64,000 nt of DNA from an uncultured Actinomycetes bacterium (GTDB lineage: Bacteria > Actinomycetota > Thermoleophilia > Gaiellales > JAICJC01), in assembly GCA_963709425.1 (NCBI GenBank), contig CAVPWG010000005.1, positions 216,030 through 280,029 of the forward strand, read 5' to 3'. The translations under genes were made by a program, and so were the position numbers. Positions 20,656 through 30,355 of this stretch are shown piece after piece. Position 1 is the first letter of the stretch, and every line of letters starts with the position of its first letter. Under the pieces are notes generated by a model. The model saw only the letters and a program-made list of their open reading frames with translations, had not been told where the DNA came from and did not search any database.

Positions 20656-23600
20656 ATGGGGGTTTGTGCGGCTTGTGGGCAGGAGAACCCGGAGGGCGCC
20701 CGGTTCTGCAACGCCTGCGCCGCTCCTCTGCAACCCGCGGCGCCGCGCCGGGAGGAGCGCAAGGTCGTGACGGCGCTGTTCGCCGACCTGGTCGGCTTTA
20801 CGTCTCGCGCCGAACAGCTCGACCCGGAGGACGTGAGGGCCCTGCTGGCTCCCTACCACTCGCATCTGCGTGCCGAGCTGGAGCGCTACGGCGGGACGGT
20901 GGAGAAGTTCATCGGCGATGCCGTGATGGCGCTGTTCGGCGCACCGGTCACACACGAGGACGATCCGGAGCGGGCTGTGCGCGCGGCCCTGGCGATTCGC
21001 GACTGGGTGCGCGAGCACGAGGAGGAGCTGCGGCTGCGGATCGCGGTCAACACGGGCGAGGCGCTCATCGCATTGGGCTCGCGCCCGGAGGTGGGCGAAG
21101 GCATGGCCTCGGGGGACGTCGTCAACACCACGGCACGCCTGCAGGCAGCAGCACCAGTGAACGGGATCCTCGTCGGCGAGACGACGCACCGCGCCACGCG
21201 ACACGCGATCGACTACGCGGAGCGAGAGCCCGTCAGCGCAAAGGGAAAGGCGGAGCCGATTCCCGTTTGGGAGGCGATGCAGGCGCGCGCGGCCCACGGC
21301 GTCGACCTGCTCCGCGACGTGCACACGCCGCTCGTCGGCCGGACCCGCGAGCTCGAAGCGCTGCGAAACGCACTCGCCCGGGCAAGCGAGGAGCGTACCC
21401 CTCAGCTCGTCACGCTCGTCGGCGTGCCCGGGATCGGCAAGAGCCGGCTCGTATACGAGCTGTTGCAACTCGTTGAGGCGGAGCCCGAGTTGATCGCGTG
21501 GCGGCAGGGGCGATCGCTCCCCTACGGCGAGGGGGTGAGCTTCTGGCCAGTCGCGGAGATCGTGAAGGCCGAAGCGGGCATCCTCGAGAGCGATCCGCCC
21601 GCGGAGGTCGAAACCAAGCTACGACACGCGGCGGAGGGGATCGTGGTCGAGGATCGGGACTGGGTCGTCGGCCACCTGCAGCGACTCCTCGGCCATGGCG
21701 ACGACGTGGCAGTGGCGATCGAGCGGCGCGCGGAGGCGTTCGCGGCGTGGCGCAGTTTCCTCGAGGCCCTCGGCGAGCTCGGGCCTGCCGTTCTTGTCTT
21801 CGAGGACCTGCACTGGGCAGACGACGGAACGCTCGACTTCGTCGACCACCTCGTCGAGTGGGCGTCGGGCGTGCCGCTACTCGTCGTCGGCACCGCTCGG
21901 CCGGAGCTGCTCGAGCGCCGGTCGGCGTGGGGCGGCGGCAAGACCAACGCGCTTACGCTCGCGCTCTCACCCTTGTCCGACGAGGAGACGGCGCGCCTGA
22001 TCGCCGCCCTCGCCGAGCAGCCGCTGCTCGACGCAACGACCCAGCAGGGGCTACTCGCCCATGCGGAGGGAAACCCGCTCTATGCCGAGCAGTACGTCAG
22101 GATGGTCCTGGAGCGCTCCGACAAATCGGAGCTGCCGCTGCCGGAGACCGTGCACGGCATCATCGCGGCCCGTCTCGACGGTCTCGGCCCGGACGAGAAA
22201 TCGCTCATTCAGAACGCGGCCGTCCTCGGCAAGGTCTTCTGGGCTGGAGCCGCAGCAGCGCTCGGAGACAACGACCCACACGGCGCGGCGGAGCTCCTCC
22301 ACGGCCTCGAACGCAAGGAGTTCGTCCAGCGTGCCCGCCGTTCGTCCGTCGCCGGCGAGACCGAGTACTCCTTCCGCCACGTCCTGGTACGCGACGTCGC
22401 CTACGCGCAGATTCCACGCGCCGCGCGGGCCGAGAAGCACCAACGCGCCGCCGGCTGGATCGAGACTCTCGGGCGCCCCGAGGACCACGCCGAGATGGTC
22501 GCGCATCACCTGACCACCGCACTCGAGTTCGCTGGCGCCGCCGGGATGGACACCGCAGGGCTCGAGCGGGACGCCCGGCGAGCCCTTCGCCGCGCTGCCG
22601 ACCGTGCGGCGGGCCTCGGCTCGCTGCCGGCGGCGGCGTCGTTCTATGAGCGGCTGCTCGAGCTTACGCCGCGAGACGATCCAGGTCGTGCACAGCTCCT
22701 GTACCGCTACATACGCGTCCCGGACCGAGGACTACGAGATCGACGACGCCCTCTTGGAGGAAGTGCGCGCCGCGCTGCGGGCGACCGGCGATAGCGCCAC
22801 AGCCGCGGAGGCTGAGGCCGCGTTCGCGAACATCTACTGGCTCCGGGGCGACCGAGATGCCTGCCTTGCCTCGGTCGCACGCGCAGTCGAGCTAATCTCG
22901 GACCAGGAGGCTTCTCCGGAGAAGGCGTATGTTCTCGCCCAGGCGTCCCGTTTCGAGATGCTGGCCGGGCACGACGAGCATGCGATCGAGCTCGGCCGCG
23001 GGGCGCTGGAGCTAGGAGAGCGCTTCCGACTCGACCGAGGTCCGCGCGCGCTCACTAGACAACATCGGCGTCTCGCGGGTCAACATCGGCGACGTGGGCG
23101 GCATCGAGGATCTCAAACGGAGCCTCGCCATCGGCGAGGCGGCTAACTCGATCGAGGCCTGGCAGGCCGCCTCGAACATGGCGTCGATGTTCTTCCAGCT
23201 CGGCTATCTCGAGAAGGCAGAGGAGATGCGGTCGCGGGCGAGGGCCATCAACGAGCGCTTCGGCATCCCTGGGTTCGAACGCTGGAGCCTTGGCGAGGAC
23301 GTCGAGTCCTTCTACCAGCGCGGTCGCTGGGACGAAGCCGAAACGATCAGCAAGCAATGGCTCGCGGACCTGGGCCCGTCCGGCCATTACTTGGAAGCCA
23401 CTGTGCGCGTCTACCGGTCGCAGCTGTCGTTCGCACGCGACGACGTCGACGCCGCCGTTCAGGAGGGCGAGCTCTCCTTGCAACGCGCCCGCGTCGTCAA
23501 GGATCCCCAGGTCCTGGAGCCGATTCTGGCCTGGTGGGCTTTTCTCACCTTGAAACTCGGGCGGCAAGCTGACGCTGCGGATTCGCTCGACGAGCTCCTC

Positions 23601-23969
23601 ACCGAGTGGGGCGGCGTGCACTGCGGCTACGCGAACGGAGCCGTGGCGCCCGCCTGGGTGGCCCACGCACTCGGCCGCGGGCCGGAGGTCGAGCCAACGC
23701 TCAAACCACGCGCGCCGATGAATCTTTGGGCGAACGCAGCGCTCCACATCGTCCGCGGTGAGTTCACTGCGGCCGCGGACATCATCGACCAGATCGGCTC
23801 CCTTCCGGATGCGGCGTACGCACGCCTTCGCGCCGCGCACGCGCTCGTCGATGCCGGGCGACGCGCGGAGGCCGACGAGCAGCTCGGACGCGCACTCACG
23901 TTCTACCGCTCGGTCGGCGCGGCACGTTACGTCCGCGAAGCCGAGGCGCTGCCGGCCGCCACGGCGTGA
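20656..23969 (+). pseudogene. Zn-ribbon + class III adenylate/guanylate cyclase + AAA (STAND-like) ATPase + TPR signalling protein; two frame breaks
   Basis: CAACGQENPEGARFCNAC zinc ribbon, FADLVGFT...GDAVMALFGAP cyclase core, GVPGIGKSRL P-loop, then TPR-like repeats continuing through ORFs 22604..23146 and 23094..23969. Breaks near 22712 and 23035 (removing one nt gives ...LDEVRARSLDNIGVSRVNIGDVGGIEDL). Confidence 0.85.
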
Positions 23970-24080
23970 TCTCTGTGGTCGCCGGAACGCACTTTTCAGG
24001 CTGCACGGTAAGGAGGGGGCAACGGTTCGAGTCCGTCAGAGGGCTCTAAAGACGTGATCCCGATCTGCCTAACGGCCGTG

Positions 24081-24686
24081 TCATCCGGTGATGACGACGC
24101 CGCGGCGGCTGTAGAGGTCTTCCGTGGCCGCTTGCAGGAGGAACGAGGCCACGCCCGCGCGTGAGATTTTCTGCGACATCCCGACCTTCTCGCTTTCGGG
24201 GACGACACTAGCCTCGGTCTTGGGCCCGTTGGTCAGCTTGGTGGCGTAGACAATCGTCCAGTCGAGGCTGCTGGCGCGCAGGACTTCCTCACCGGCAGTC
24301 TTGTCCTTGATCTGACTACCCATTGCTATGCCGGTTACGACCTTGGTGACGGGAGTGAGCCGGTCACGCGCGACGGCGAAGGAGGACAACATGACGACGC
24401 GCTCGGGCCCATTCTGTTTGGCCGCGTCCACAATGGCGCGCGTCGCCTCGGCCATCACCGGCCCCCTCGCGCCGAGGACGCTGATGACAGCGTCGCCCCC
24501 GTTCATGGCCTCGGAGACCGCTGCGCGGTCGGTTGCGTCGCCTTCGACAACATGGAGGTTGGGATTGGTGATGGGCAGTTTCTGCCCGGACCGAACGAGG
24601 GCCGTGACGCGATGTCCCGCAGCGAGCGCCTGCTCGACCAGCGGAATGCCGGTGGCGCCAGCGGCGCCGAGGATGCTCAGTTTCAT
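24081..24686 (-). CDS. NAD(P)H-binding (NmrA/BVR-B-like) oxidoreductase
   Basis: MKLSILGAAGATGIPLVEQALAAGHRVTALVR Rossmann GxxGxxG start; 201 aa, typical size for atypical SDR/flavin-reductase-like proteins. Confidence 0.85.
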   Translation of the reverse strand: MKLSILGAAGATGIPLVEQALAAGHRVTALVRSGQKLPITNPNLHVVEGDATDRAAVSEAMNGGDAVISVLGARGPVMAEATRAIVDAAKQNGPERVVMLSSFAVARDRLTPVTKVVTGIAMGSQIKDKTAGEEVLRASSLDWTIVYATKLTNGPKTEASVVPESEKVGMSQKISRAGVASFLLQAATEDLYSRRGVVITG

Positions 24687-25107
24687 CGGTCTCCTCCCAT
24701 CGCGTTCGCGCGCGCGGCGCCCGCGAACGTCTCATCATCGGAAGCTTCCCGCCGCTCATTCTACGGCTGATGCTGCCGAGGAGGACTGCCAACGTGATGC
24801 CACGGTGGAGCGGCAGGTAACGCCGGACGGCGGCCGAGCGGCGCCGCTATCGGTCGGCCCTGCGCGCGCTCGCCGACGACCTAGCCGCCACATGGCAGGC
24901 GCGCTACCACCTCGTGTGGTACTTCGCCCTGCCGACCGGCCATCCGATGCGGCGGGCAGGCGAGTCTCCGACTGAGACAAGTCATTAGGACATACCCGCA
25001 ACCGAGCCATTGCTCGGGCCAGGAGCGTTGCAAGCGCTCAACTGCGCGCCGCTAAGGTCGGCGATGCGCGCCGTGCGCACATTTTGCGCACACCCGGCAG
25101 ACTATCG

Positions 25108-25180
25108 GGGGGTACGAGAGGGCACGGCCGCGGTTGGTATTTCGCTTAACCATGCTCCCCTCGTACCCTCTCGTACCCCC
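25108..25180. repeat. 15-bp perfect inverted repeat flanking a 43-nt loop, 15 nt left of the attR repeat
   Basis: GGGGGTACGAGAGGG (25108..25122) versus CCCTCTCGTACCCCC (25166..25180). The right arm region also contains a CTCGTACCC tandem. Confidence 0.9.
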
Positions 25181-25195
25181 ACTCCCCGCCGCGAT

Positions 25196-25315
25196 CCAGC
25201 TTTGCAAGCTGGGGGTCACCGGTTCGATCCCGGTACGCTCCACTCGCGATAATCCCTTTCTGGCAACCGAACCTAGCGTTTCGGTGCGGCTTGGCGGAGC
25301 CGCACCGGAGCGGAC
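25196..25315. repeat. Right copy of the tRNA-Ala 3'-half direct repeat; putative attR
   Basis: Begins at the anticodon-stem CC and runs through the tRNA 3' end plus 73 nt. The 5' half of the tRNA is absent here. Confidence 0.85.
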
Positions 25316-25318
25316 TAG

Positions 25319-25968
25319 ATGACCCTCCTCCGCGTCTGCCGCTGCGGCAAACTCATCCCCGCAACCAGGCGCCGCTGCCTCACCTGCGACCGGACCGACT
25401 CGGCACGCCGCAACCGCAAGCCAACCGCAAGCCAACCGCCAAGATCTACCAGAGCTCGCGTTGGCGCGGACCAAACGGTACACGCCGAACCGTCCTCGAG
25501 CGCGACGAACACACCTGCCAACTCTGCCGCGCCCCCGCGACCCACGTTGACCACCAACCCCCGGTCACCACCCTGCTCGCCCGCGGCCTCGACCCATTCG
25601 ACCCTGACCACTGTCGCGCGCTCTGCGCCAGCTGCGCCGGCCGCGCGGATGCCGCACGAGCGCACACCCAGGGGGGCGGGGGTCGCCTCGAGAAACGGTT
25701 CCAGCCTGAAACCCCAAGCCAGCTTGCGGCGAAGAAGATTTCTCCGCGCCTCGACAGACCCGATAATCAGTGGGTCAGGCCGGACGGTACGAAGTCGTGC
25801 TCGAAATGCGAGCGAGCCTTGCCGGTCGACTGCTTCCGCACGAATCCGAGGCTGTCGTCGGGCCTGGATTCATGGTGCCGAGAGTGCCACGCCCAGGCGA
25901 ACAGGGCGTGGCGGGCTCGTGAGCGAGCAGCCAGGGCAGACGCTGATACTGGCCCGCTGGTCGCCTAA
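25319..25968 (+). pseudogene. Phage-type HNH endonuclease with C-terminal zinc-ribbon, frameshifted by an 11-bp tandem duplication
   Basis: MTLLRVCRCGKLIPATRRRCLTCD... (frame of 25319) switches to IYQSSRWRGPNGTRRTVLERDEHTCQLCRAPATHVDHQPP...HCRALCASC (frame of 25291). Deleting one CAACCGCAAGC unit joins them as ...RRNRKPTAKIYQSSRW... Confidence 0.8.
25411..25443. repeat. 11-nt tandem repeat CAACCGCAAGC x2, plus imperfect third unit CAACCGCCAAG
   Basis: Read directly: 25411..25421 equals 25422..25432; the third unit at 25433..25443 differs at the end. Confidence 0.95.
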
Positions 25969-26096
25969 ACGGCGAAGCGTGGTCGGGTATCGCGATGGCG
26001 AATAGCGCCGGCGCCCCTGTGCCAGGCTTCGCTGTGGGCCGTGATTGCCGTTCGCGGCTCCAGTTCGGGGGCGCGGCCCTTTCGGCGAGCGGCCCC

Positions 26097-27203
26097 TCAC
26101 CTCTGTACACCCGGTTTCGGCATGGCGTTGATCCGCTCCGCGCGCTCGTCGAGCAGCTCGATCACGACGGCGTGGATCGTGCCCGCGATGGGGATCGCAA
26201 GCAAGGCACCGATCAGCCCTAACACGGCGCCGCCACAGAGCACGGCGATCAACACGGTAAGAGACGGGATCTGTACGGTCCGGCCGTATATGAGCGGCTG
26301 CAGGATGTGGTTCTCGATCTGCTGGTAGACCATCACGATCACGAACATGATGATCCCGGCGCGAGTGTCGACGAATATGAACGCCGAGGCGATCACGACC
26401 ACCGACCCGATCGTGGCGCCGACCAACGGGATCAGGTCGAACACGGCCATGAACACCCCCAGCGCCAACGAGTAGGGGACGTCCAGCATGTACAGGGCGA
26501 GCGTCGTCACGGCTCCGCAGATCAGCGAAATGACGAGATTGCCGGCCACGTAGCCGCCAATGTTGCGGTTCATATGCTGTGCCGCGGCCACTACCCGCGG
26601 CCGGCGTTCCGGTGGCATCTGAGCCAGTGCCATCTGCGCTAGGGCGGGGAGCTCGTAGAGCAGGAACAGGGTTAGGAAGAAAACCGTCGAGACGGCGACG
26701 ACGCCGCCCAGCACGGTACTGGCCGCGCCGAATACGATGTCGGGCAGCACGCCTAGGTGCTCCTTGGCGTGTTCGGCGATGTGGTACTTGGTGTCAAGGC
26801 GCTTGATTGTGCTGTCCTGGCGTGCATCGGATATGGCCTGCGGCAGGCCGGTCGAAAGTTGGTCGACCTGCGACACGAACGGCACCACCAGCGCTGCCAC
26901 GATCGCCAGAAAGCCGATCACGGTGGCGAGGGAGACGACGGTAGCCGCGGGCCGTCGACCCAGACGCGGCTCCAACCGCTCGACCAACGGGTTGAGAGCA
27001 ATCGCGAGGAACGCCGCCGCCAGCGTCCACACGAACACGTTACGCATCTGGCCTGCCAGATCGCCGATGAACCCCAGGGCCAGCAGTCCGACCACGATCT
27101 TCGCGACCGCGGACGTGCTGATGTCGAAGGTCACACGACGCTGCCGGCCAGAGACCTCGGCCGGCGCAAACTGTTCGTCTGCTTCGGTGGAGAGTTCTGT
27201 CAC
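26097..27203 (-). CDS. AI-2E family transporter (second copy in window)
   Basis: 368 aa. FDLIPLVGATIGS...VMVYQQIENHILQPLIYGR...GAVLGLIGALLAIPIAG matches the paralogue at 8149. Confidence 0.85.
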   Translation of the reverse strand: MTELSTEADEQFAPAEVSGRQRRVTFDISTSAVAKIVVGLLALGFIGDLAGQMRNVFVWTLAAAFLAIALNPLVERLEPRLGRRPAATVVSLATVIGFLAIVAALVVPFVSQVDQLSTGLPQAISDARQDSTIKRLDTKYHIAEHAKEHLGVLPDIVFGAASTVLGGVVAVSTVFFLTLFLLYELPALAQMALAQMPPERRPRVVAAAQHMNRNIGGYVAGNLVISLICGAVTTLALYMLDVPYSLALGVFMAVFDLIPLVGATIGSVVVIASAFIFVDTRAGIIMFVIVMVYQQIENHILQPLIYGRTVQIPSLTVLIAVLCGGAVLGLIGALLAIPIAGTIHAVVIELLDERAERINAMPKPGVQR

Positions 27204-27605
27204 GTCAGGAGCTCCGGCCGGTGTCGTCGGTTGTTTCGTGAGGTTGGGTACTGGTGATCGTCGCCGCGCGGGGGACGGATCCTTCTTCGCAATCGTGTCG
27301 GATTCGTCGGATTTGCCGCAGCGGCCGTGGATGCGAGTTCGCCACCGCTTGCGCTGGTCGCATGGCGGCGAGTAGCGTCGTCATGGGACCTTGGGCGCTT
27401 GGCCGTGTGTGCGATGACGTCCAAGCTGCCATCAGCGCCTGCGGTGCCTTTGAGGTCGCGGCATCGTGATCGTTTTTCGTGGCTTTTCGCGGGTTCGCGG
27501 GCTCAGAGATGAGGCGTCAACAGCGTCCGGAGCCAGTGCCGAAGCCCCGTGCGAGGCTGCCCGGTAGTCGCAAATGCCCCGCTCGGCCGACTCGCGCATG
27601 GCGTG

Positions 27606-28589
27606 CTAATGCTGCGCCGTCGTTTCCGCGAGGGACGCGTCCGCTGCACGCTCGAACGTCCCGGCGATCGCGCCGGCCGCCACGCGCTCATCCATGAGGA
27701 TCTGTGCGCAGGCATCGCAGGTGTGATCGTCACCCGCACGCCGGGCGACCCGGGAAAGCAGCTCATAGCTCGCGATCTCGAGGTGCTCGAAGGCGTACGC
27801 GAACGCCGCGAGCTTCCCCGGCGTGTCGGGATGCGCCCGGAAAAAGGCGTTCCAGTTCAGGCCGCCGAGCCGCATCGCCGAGTCCTTAAACATCGAAGGG
27901 CGGGCGTGGTGCGCGGCGAGGCGGCGCTTGATCATGTCGGCATGCTCGCGCGACTGCTCCAAGTGGCGTTCGTAGACCTCGGTGAACAGCGGGTCCCCAG
28001 TCATTGTGGAAGCGCGTTCCATCAGCGCGATCGCTTGCTGCTCGACCGCATGGGCGTCGGCTAAATACGCTACGAGCGCGGAGAGATCGCCCAGATCGCC
28101 GAGATGCGAGTCGGAAAGTGAATCCTCGACGGCTTCGTCGTAGCATTCGGCCAAGCGCTCGCCCATCAGCCGTTCCTGCTCGGCGATCTCCTTCGCGATC
28201 GCCGTCGTCCGCAGGTCGCCGGCTCGGTCGGCTACCAGCGCCAGCAGCCGATAGGCGGCCTGCTCGAAGCGCTCATACGAGTACGCGTGGGCAAGCAGCT
28301 TCCCCGGCGTGTCGGGCTGCGATCGGGCAAACAGGACGAATCCCTTGCCACCGGCCGCCATCACGACGTCCTTCAACGTGGACGGCGAACCCCCCAACTG
28401 CTCGAGGCGCTGGCACACCATCCGCTTGTGGTGCTCCGTCTCTCCTAGGTGCTGGGTGAACGCGGCCGACATCTGTCCTTCGCCGGCTAGCTCGGGAGCG
28501 ACCCTCAGCTGCGCCAGCGCTTGCTCCTCAATCGAGTGAGCATCGGCGAGGTACTTCACGAGCTGGTCGCTTGTGGATTGGTGACTCAC
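27606..28589 (-). CDS. Tandem DUF892 (YciE-like ferritin-like) stress protein
   Basis: Two repeats of the LVKYLADAHSIEEQAL...HLGETEHH / LVAYLADAHAVEQQAI...HLEQSREH pattern. GTG start with GGAGGA SD. Confidence 0.85.
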   Translation of the reverse strand: MSHQSTSDQLVKYLADAHSIEEQALAQLRVAPELAGEGQMSAAFTQHLGETEHHKRMVCQRLEQLGGSPSTLKDVVMAAGGKGFVLFARSQPDTPGKLLAHAYSYERFEQAAYRLLALVADRAGDLRTTAIAKEIAEQERLMGERLAECYDEAVEDSLSDSHLGDLGDLSALVAYLADAHAVEQQAIALMERASTMTGDPLFTEVYERHLEQSREHADMIKRRLAAHHARPSMFKDSAMRLGGLNWNAFFRAHPDTPGKLAAFAYAFEHLEIASYELLSRVARRAGDDHTCDACAQILMDERVAAGAIAGTFERAADASLAETTAQH

Positions 28590-28699
28590 AGGTCCTCCGA
28601 TTCGGTGGGCACTGCTACCCCGTTCCGGGCCGTCGCCGCGCGGACGGTGGAGCGGCTCGCCCGGCGGTGCGCGTTCCGCCGGGCGAGCCTCTGGTCTGT

Positions 28700-29254
28700 C
28701 TACGATCGGGCCTGCTCCACGGTCTCGTGAGCAGATTCGCGCATGCTCGCCTGGAGGTCACTGGCGTGCTCCTGACCGGTTTCCTTCGCCGTCTCGGCTG
28801 CGGCCTGGGCAGCGCCTTGTGCGAGCTCCTTTCCGTGTTCGATCGCCTCGCCGCCGACTTCCCGTGCCTGGTCTTTGACCTGGTCAGACAGCGGCCCGAG
28901 GCGCTCATCCTCGATTCGACTCGTCGGCAAGACCATGCCGAGTAGGAATCCGGCGGCCACGGAACCGATCGCGAAACCGAGCGGGTTCTCCTTCACGATG
29001 CCGGCGCGTTGGCGCGCCGCCTGCGCGGCTTGGCCGGCGACTTGGCTTCCGTTGTCGCCCTTTGATCCGGCGATGCCTGTCACCTTCTCTTTGGCGCCCG
29101 AAACCTTGGAGGTGACGGCGTCCTTCTTGTCTTCCACGTATCCCTTGACTCGGCCGGGAACGTCCGCCTTGGCTGACAGCGCGTCGACGGTGTCTCCCAT
29201 CCGCTCGCGGGTGTTCTCTATTCGCTGCTCGACGTCGCGTGGGTCTTCGCCCAT
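28700..29254 (-). CDS. DUF3618 domain-containing protein
   Basis: ATG at 29254 after AGGAGG. DPRDVEQRIENTRERMGDTVDALSAKADV is the DUF3618 signature; central TM segment GFAIGSVAAGFLLGMVL. Confidence 0.75.
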   Translation of the reverse strand: MGEDPRDVEQRIENTRERMGDTVDALSAKADVPGRVKGYVEDKKDAVTSKVSGAKEKVTGIAGSKGDNGSQVAGQAAQAARQRAGIVKENPLGFAIGSVAAGFLLGMVLPTSRIEDERLGPLSDQVKDQAREVGGEAIEHGKELAQGAAQAAAETAKETGQEHASDLQASMRESAHETVEQARS

Positions 29255-29634
29255 TGCACGTCCTCCTTCACTGATTCGATGGTTTGTGTCGGTGCCGGCG
29301 GGGTTGCGTGGCGGATCCGCTCCTTCCCACGGAGAGCCAAAATGCCAGCCGCGGCGGCATACACGATGGTCACGATCAACGTTGCAAGCCATCCCGGCAT
29401 CCACGAGTCGAGCACCAGCATGAGAAACGCCATCGAGCCACCGACCGCCGCGAGCCCCAACACCGCGGCTCCTGACAACATCCCCGCACCGATCCCAGCG
29501 TGCTTGCCCTTCTGGGTCATCTCTGCCTTCGCCAGCGCGATCTCCTCCCGCACGAGCTGGCTTACCTCGCGTGAGAGCTCCTTGATGAGCTCGGCGGTCG
29601 AGGCGTTTCGCTTGTCATCCATAGGGGTTGCCAT
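29218..29634 (-). CDS. Holin-X / phage holin family (superfamily III) membrane protein
   Basis: STAELIKELSREVSQLVREEIALAKAEMTQKGKHAGIGAGMLSGAAVLGLAAVG followed by a second TM. This is the usual partner of DUF3618 in actinobacterial stress operons. Confidence 0.7.
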   Translation of the reverse strand: MATPMDDKRNASTAELIKELSREVSQLVREEIALAKAEMTQKGKHAGIGAGMLSGAAVLGLAAVGGSMAFLMLVLDSWMPGWLATLIVTIVYAAAAGILALRGKERIRHATPPAPTQTIESVKEDVQWAKTHATSSSE

Positions 29635-29645
29635 CGCCTCTACCC

Positions 29646-30194
29646 CTAGACTGTCGGCGCGAGTGCCGGCGGCCGGACAGCCTCGGGCTCGATCAGGCTC
29701 CGGGAGGAGTCCCATGAAGGCGGCGGCGCATCATGCACCTGCTGCTGCTGCTGGTAGTAGCGCTCGGTGCTTGAGGCCTTCAAGAACCGGGCGGTGGCGA
29801 TCCCCAGGATGAGTCCCGTCCCGACCACCAGCCACGGCTGCCTGCGCGCTGCCTCCTCGACGTTCGAAAGCAGCTCCTCAGCGTCGCTCTCCGTGAGGTA
29901 GCCGCCGACGCGCTCTAAGCGATCCGCGCTTTGGTCGGCGATCCCGGCATAGCGAGTCTTCTGGTCATCGCCTGTCTGGCGAAGCTGCGTCGCCGTCTGC
30001 CGGAGGGTCTCGGCCAGCGACTGGGCATGTCCGCCCGCCTGAGTCGAGCGCGTATCAACCTGCGTGCGCAGCGCCCCCCGTCCCTTCTCCACTGCGTGGC
30101 TCGCCTGCTCTTGAGTCCGCTCCCGAGCCGAGTCGACCACCTCCGCCACCGGCGTCTTCGCCGTGTCCGTGTCCATCGTTTCTCCAATCTCCAT
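29646..30194 (-). CDS. ElaB/YqjD-like (DUF883-like) tail-anchored stress protein
   Basis: Hydrophilic Q/E/T/R-rich body and a single C-terminal TM (RRQPWLVVGTGLILGIATARFL). First gene of the three-gene minus-strand operon 30194..28700. Confidence 0.5.
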   Translation of the reverse strand: MEIGETMDTDTAKTPVAEVVDSARERTQEQASHAVEKGRGALRTQVDTRSTQAGGHAQSLAETLRQTATQLRQTGDDQKTRYAGIADQSADRLERVGGYLTESDAEELLSNVEEAARRQPWLVVGTGLILGIATARFLKASSTERYYQQQQQVHDAPPPSWDSSRSLIEPEAVRPPALAPTV

Positions 30195-30355
30195 AATGAG
30201 TCGGTGTCGGAGCGCTACCGCCCCGGCCCCGGGATTTCGCTCCCAGGGATTGCGCTAGATCCCCGCAGGGCCCATCCCGCCGAGGGTCCGCAGCGCCTCC
30301 GCATCCGGGCTTCGAGCTACTTTGGTTTGCCCTCACGAATCGCTTGTGTGACCAC

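Larger units (their letters stand above)
3439..25315. mobile_element. Putative tRNA-Ala-integrated genomic island (~21.9 kb)
   Basis: Intact tRNA at the left end, integrase immediately next to it, and a second copy of the tRNA 3' half plus flank at 25196..25315. This is the classical tRNA-island architecture. No conjugation or replication genes seen inside. Confidence 0.6.

Noticed and set aside
24015-24047. tRNA-like T-arm plus acceptor 3' strand (AACGG-TTCGAGT-CCGTC-AGAGGGC) just after the cyclase gene
   Set aside because: No matching 5' acceptor strand, D arm or anticodon arm can be folded from the preceding 70 nt. At best it is a relic of an old att site, and it could be chance.
24821-24988. 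Start-less 55-codon open frame (ERRRYRSALRALADDLAATWQARYHLVWYFALPTG...) near the island's right end
   Set aside because: There is no start codon and I do not recognise the family. It may be a remnant of an island gene, but this is unsupported.
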